Of a stretch of DNA of 64,000 nt, positions 36,976 to 64,000 are shown one piece after another. The translations under genes and the position numbers were made by a program. Under the pieces are notes generated by a model. That model ran no database searches. It was given only the letters and a program-made list of their open reading frames with translations, and was not told the DNA's origin. Numbering within the stretch: position 1 is the first letter of the stretch; every line of letters starts with the position of its first letter. Origin of the DNA: Macrostomum lignano (taxonomy: Eukaryota); the NCBI GenBank assembly GCA_002269645.1, contig NIVC01000001.1, positions 2,108,001-2,172,000 of the forward strand. Reading direction: 5' to 3'.

Positions 36976-38305
36976 CAAACAGACTGATTGAATTTCGTGA
37001 CCTTTGTTCCAGAAGTTCGCAAAATTAAATGCCAAAGTTTTATTTTTGTTATTATAAATCTTTAATTAGTGCACTTGGATCAGATTTCCAACAGTCAGTT
37101 CCTATGTTTTGCTGCTCTCGTTGCCTACTATACTACTCACCAGTAGTCTCATTCGTTACCGTTTGAAATTCTCTTTCCCTACCAGGTTCTACAGACCGTC
37201 CGAGGCTGCCAAGGCCCTCGCTGCCTGCCACGGTCGCTGGTACGCCGGCCGTCGCTTGATCTGCCGCTTGGCGGATCTCGGCGATTGGCGCGACGCCGTC
37301 TGCGGCCGGCACCAGCGCGGCCGGTGTCCGAAAGGCGACGCCGATTGCTGCTACCTGCATCCGGTCGAGAATCCCACGGACGCGGAGTGCCGGTTTTTAC
37401 GATTGGCAAAGCGACGACAAAGTAGACGAAAGCGGTCTTCATTGTTGACGAAGCGACGGGTCACCGACGGCGGCTGGTCGACGAGTTCGTCTTCGTCGTC
37501 GTCTGTTTCGCCATCGCCGTCTTGTCGCCACCATCGGGCACCGAAATCTTCGCCATCGCCGTCTCGCCGCCACCATCGGGCACCGACATCTTCGCCATCA
37601 CCGTCTCGCCGTCACCATCGGGCACCGACATCTTCGCCATCGCCGTCTCGCCGCCACCATCGGGCACCGACATCTTCGCCATCACCGTCTCGCCGTCACC
37701 ATCGGGCACCGACATCTTCGCCATCACCGTCTCGCCGCCACCATCGGGCACCGAAATCTTCGCCATCGCCGTCTCGCCGCCACCATCGGGCACCGACATC
37801 TTCGCCATCACCGTCTCGCCGTCACCATCGGGCACCGACATCTTCGCCATCGCCGTCTTGTCGCCACCATCGGGCACCGAAATCTTCGCCATCGCCGTCT
37901 CGCCGCCACCATCGGGCACCGACATCTTCGCCATCACCGTCTCGCCGCCACCATCGGGCACCGACATCTTCGCCATCACCGTCTCGCCGTCACCATCGGG
38001 CACCGACATCTTCGCCATCACCGTCTCGCCGTCACCATCGGGCACCGACATCTTCGCCATCACCGTCTCGCCGCCACCATCGGGCACCGACATCGTCGCC
38101 ATCACCGTCTCGCCGTCACCATCGGGCACCGACATCGTCGCCATCACCGTCTCGCCGTCACCATCATGCGCCAGCATCTACGCCGTCGCCCAATTCAACC
38201 GCTGCTTGTCGACGCCACCGACCTTCAGCTAGTCGGAGCAATCGTTCTCGTCGTGGTCGCCGTGATGACGACGGACTCGCGGAGAGGTCGCGTCAAAAGG
38301 ACTAA
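34763..38305 (+). CDS. ZRSR2: U2AF35-related splicing factor ZRSR1/2-like (701 aa from this ATG); exons 34763-35344, 36048-36451, 37186-38305
   Basis: Basic coiled-coil N-terminus; CCCH finger CEFFQRTGACRFGARCSRRH; UHM/RRM with LPHLRGSVYCRF..AAKALAACHGRWYAGRRL; second finger CGRHQRGRCPKG..CCYLH; Arg/Ser-rich tail. Phases 0 and 2 are consistent. The start is uncertain: the frame is open back to an acceptor at 34584. Confidence 0.88.
35412..35980 (-). mobile_element. 30-bp minisatellite of the same family as 6075-6490, with a matching Helitron-like 3' end, in ZRSR2 intron 1
   Basis: Unit TTGACATCTCAGCAATTCCCCCCGTCAGCC is the reverse complement of the Rap1-intron unit. The minus-strand terminus reads GGCTCCACAACGGGGGGCGCTCATTGCTAG|T (CTAG at 35413-35416). 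Confidence 0.55.
36521..36980. repeat. (GACA)n microsatellite, ZRSR2 intron 2
   Basis: Tetranucleotide run with GGCA variants. Confidence 0.96.
37505..38185 (+). repeat. 42-bp coding minisatellite (RRHHRAPTSSPSPS x ~16)
   Basis: In frame within the last ZRSR2-like exon, no splice sites needed, ORF continues to TAA at 38305. Confidence 0.9.
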
Positions 38306-38639
38306 TTAGGCATTTTGTGTAGACTGTTCAGTGTGTCTTGAGCCAAACGGATGTGGCCAAAGTACGCGCTTATGAGCGCTTTTCAGATTGAGGGCTTTCA
38401 AAGTTGTACAGTGTAAATCAGCCCTGTTATTTGAAGTGTCGCTCGTTGTTTATTTTGCATATGATTCATTGCTGCTACTGTATTTGATTAATGGGTATTG
38501 AAATGCATATGAAAAAATAACAGGCGTTTTATTATTGCGCTAACGTAACTTTGATGCTTTTTCTTTGCTGTTTTGCGCGACTCAGTGATTACTGTTTCTT
38601 GCTTGAAGGTTTTTCGAGCCTTGCACCCTAATAACCGCT

Positions 38640-46259
<7,620 letters not shown>

Positions 46260-46589
46260 CTGATTGCCTGGGTGCCTTGTTGAACTTATTAACACAAACC
46301 GTACCTTTCTGCATGCCCGACTTCAAAAGGTGCTGTTCTCAATAACTCTCTCTATATATACTCATGTTTTTATTTTCTTACTCAACAAACTCGCTTCCCG
46401 ACTAACCATTTGTTAAATTCGCAGCTTGTGTGATCTTGTATTGAGATAGATTTTACTTAAAAACCTGTATAAATATATTTATTCCATTGTAATACATGCC
46501 ATTTTTTCATAATTAGACTTCAGTTACTCAGAATCAAGTGTCATATATTCTCATAGTTTGCTGCCATTTCATTTAGAAATTGGGTGCCA

Positions 46590-47357
46590 CTTTCTTTAAA
46601 TTATACGGCATTTTCTTAGAATCAGGTGCCATTTTCCTAGGATTTTTCGCCACTTTCTTAGAATCAGGTGCCATTTTCTTGGAATTGCTCGCCAGTTTCT
46701 TAGAATCAGGTGCAATTTTCTTGGAATTGTTCGCCACTTTCTTAGAATCAGGTGCCATTTTCTTGGAATTATTCGCCACTTTCTTAGAATCAGGTACCAT
46801 TTTCTTGGAATTGCTCGCCAGTTTCTTAGAATCAGGTGCAATTTTCTTGGAATTGTTCGCCAGTTTCTAGAATCAGGTGCCATTTTCTTGGAATTATTCG
46901 CCACTTTCTTAGAATCAGGTACCATTTTCTTGGAATTGCTCGCCAGTTTCTTAGAATCTGGTGCCATTTTCTTGGAATTGTTCGCCAGTTTCTTAGAATC
47001 AGGTACCATTTTCTTGGAATTATTCGCCAGTTTCTTAGAATCAGGTACCATTTTCTTGGAATTGTTCGCCACTTTCTTAGAATCAGGTACCATTTTCTTG
47101 GAATTGCTCGCCAGTTTCTTAGAATCAGGTGCAATTTTCTTGGAATTGTTCGCCAGTTTCTTAGAATCAGGTGCAATTTTCTTGGAATTGTTCGCCAGTT
47201 TCTTAGAATCAGGTGCAATTTTCTTGGAATTGCTCGCCACTTTCTTAGAATCAGGTACCATTTTCTTGGAATTGTTCGCCAGTTTCTTAGAATCAGGTAC
47301 CATTTTCTTGGAATTGTTCGCCAGTTTCTTAGAATCAGGTACCATTTTCTTGGAATT
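46590..47357. repeat. 42-bp minisatellite (TTCTTAGAATCAGGTGCCATTTTCTTGGAATTGTTCGCCAGT)
   Basis: About 18 units downstream of AMPK. Confidence 0.95.
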
Positions 47358-48499
47358 CTGCGCTATATTCTCAAAAAAAATTCTGTTTTCTTGCATCTAG
47401 TTGCCACTTTCTAAGAATTGGTTGTCATCTCATTTCTATTACATTTTAAAATCGAATGCCGTTTTAAAAAGGTGTAAAAACTTTTTGACTTGCCTGTTTT
47501 GCTGTTGCTGTCGCAGTTTTACGCGCCTAAATCTACGACAGCGTACTACTCATTTCCTGATGCTTGGAAGTAGTATATACAGTAATTAGTAAGTAGTGTA
47601 ACATTGCTACATTTTACAGTTATTTTCTGGTCTTCGTTTTTACCACCTTTCTATTTTAGAACTACTAAATCTATTATATTTCGCCCAATTTTACTTGTTC
47701 TTTTACACATAGTTATAAACTGAGTAGTATAAAACGTATTTTACCCATATTTTATTTTGCCGATTGTTAAAAGAGAATATTATATAGTAGTTTCCATAGA
47801 ATTAATCGACAGTGTTGCTGTGTTGTGATTATTTTGCTGATTTAAGGATTTTTAACCTGTAGTAGTTGATTAATTAACCCAAATAAATTTATTTATTTAT
47901 AGTTTTCTCATTGTTGATTTTTACTTCAGGTGTTGCCTCCACTATATATTTCACTTTGCAATGCTTGTGTGCTCCTATCTTTATTTTACAGGGGTAACTA
48001 TAGCTAAAAAACAGAATAATATAGAAGCCATATGAAATACTCTTATGGAAAACTGTACGCAAACTCTATACCTTAGTATTTCCCTAATGCATTACTTACA
48101 GTAGAAATAGCGAAATATTGTAGGTATGAAATCAATAACAATATACGTGTAGTTTTGTTTGATACTATATTTATGCTAATGCCTTCATCTATGCTACTCG
48201 TACTTATAGTAAAAAAGTAGTTTTTTAATAGTGCCACAAAAATAATTACAGTATAACAATAGCAAAGCAGTGACTATACAGACAACATTATCGCAGAAAT
48301 TGCGGGATAACTTTGTAAAATTTGTATCAATTAAAATGTGACAGTAAAAAATAACGAAATTTATTAGTTTCCAGGCAATATGATGGCTAGCAGAATTACG
48401 AGCTAGCAGAATCACTCGTAGTTGGTTAAGTGAATATTTAATTTATCGACTACATGTAACAAACTCTTGATTGCACCTGGGCTATAAGTATCTAGGGCC

Positions 48500-48925
48500 G
48501 TGACCTAAATCAGTATCTGGGGAGCCGTGACCTAAATCAGTATCTGGGGGGGGGTCGTGACCTAAATCAGTATCTGGGTCGAGACCTAAATCAGTATCCA
48601 AGCTTGGTCATGACCAATTATAAATCAGTATCCGGGGTCATGACCAATTATAAATCAGTATCCGGGGTCATGACCAATTATAAATCAGTATCCGGGGTCA
48701 TGATCAAATATATAAATCAGTATCCGGGGTCATGACCAATTATAAATCAGTATCCGGGGTCATGACCAATTATAAATCAGTATCCGGGCTCATGACCAAT
48801 TATAAATCAGTATCCAGGGTCATGACCAATTATAAATCAGTATCCAGGGTCATGACCAATTATAAATCAGTATCCGGGGTCATGACCAATTATAAATCAG
48901 TATCCGGGGTCATGACCAATTATAG
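48500..48925. repeat. 30-bp minisatellite (TATAAATCAGTATCCGGGGTCATGACCAAT)
   Basis: Units contain the palindrome GGTCATGACC; degenerate units flank the array. Confidence 0.94.
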
Positions 48926-49213
48926 AATATATTCTGACCTAAATCATTAACCATTTAGTCATGACCTAAACCCTAGCTAGCTGGGGTCATGACCTATAAA
49001 CCAATATCGGGGGCAACTTTATGCATTGCATGTAATTGATTTTCTGATTCTGCACCTACATATGTAAATCAGTACCTGGGACAAGTCGCTTGTGGAGCTG
49101 CATGTACATTAAAGGTCAGAATTAATTGGTACATGTTAAAAACATACGGTACATGTATCTACAGCTGCCAATGCATGCACTAACAATCCCAGGCCGACAC
49201 AGTTGCTGGCGCC

Positions 49214-64000
<14,787 letters not shown>

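Overview
Metazoan genomic DNA, not prokaryotic: GT-AG spliced genes, GC-rich exons with Gly/Ala runs, and introns packed with tandem repeats. The style suggests the flatworm Macrostomum lignano, but that is inference only. Spliced genes reconstructed by hand with consistent exon phases: Rap1 GTPase (-), a SOWAH-like ankyrin-repeat gene (+), a ZRSR2-like U2AF35-related splicing factor (+), AMPK alpha (+), and about 3,450 C-terminal codons of usherin/USH2A (-, continues past the window end). There is also an intronless Sulfotransfer_4-family gene (+) and two unidentified exon clusters. Mobile DNA: a decayed Ty3/Gypsy element with one LTR, three copies of a tRNA-derived CORE-like SINE, and a probable second SINE. 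About 30 distinct mini/microsatellite arrays are present, and every intron of Rap1, SOWAH-like, ZRSR2-like and AMPK carries one. The best lead: two arrays of the same 30-bp family, in introns of different genes 29 kb apart, end in the same hairpin + ATTGCTAG|T terminus typical of Helitron 3' ends, suggesting small rolling-circle elements that carry minisatellites into introns. Several arrays are built from ETS, E-box, CRE, E2F or nuclear-receptor IR0 motifs. Many long ORFs in the supplied track are artefacts of stop-free repeats. No CRISPR, rRNA or true tRNA genes were seen.
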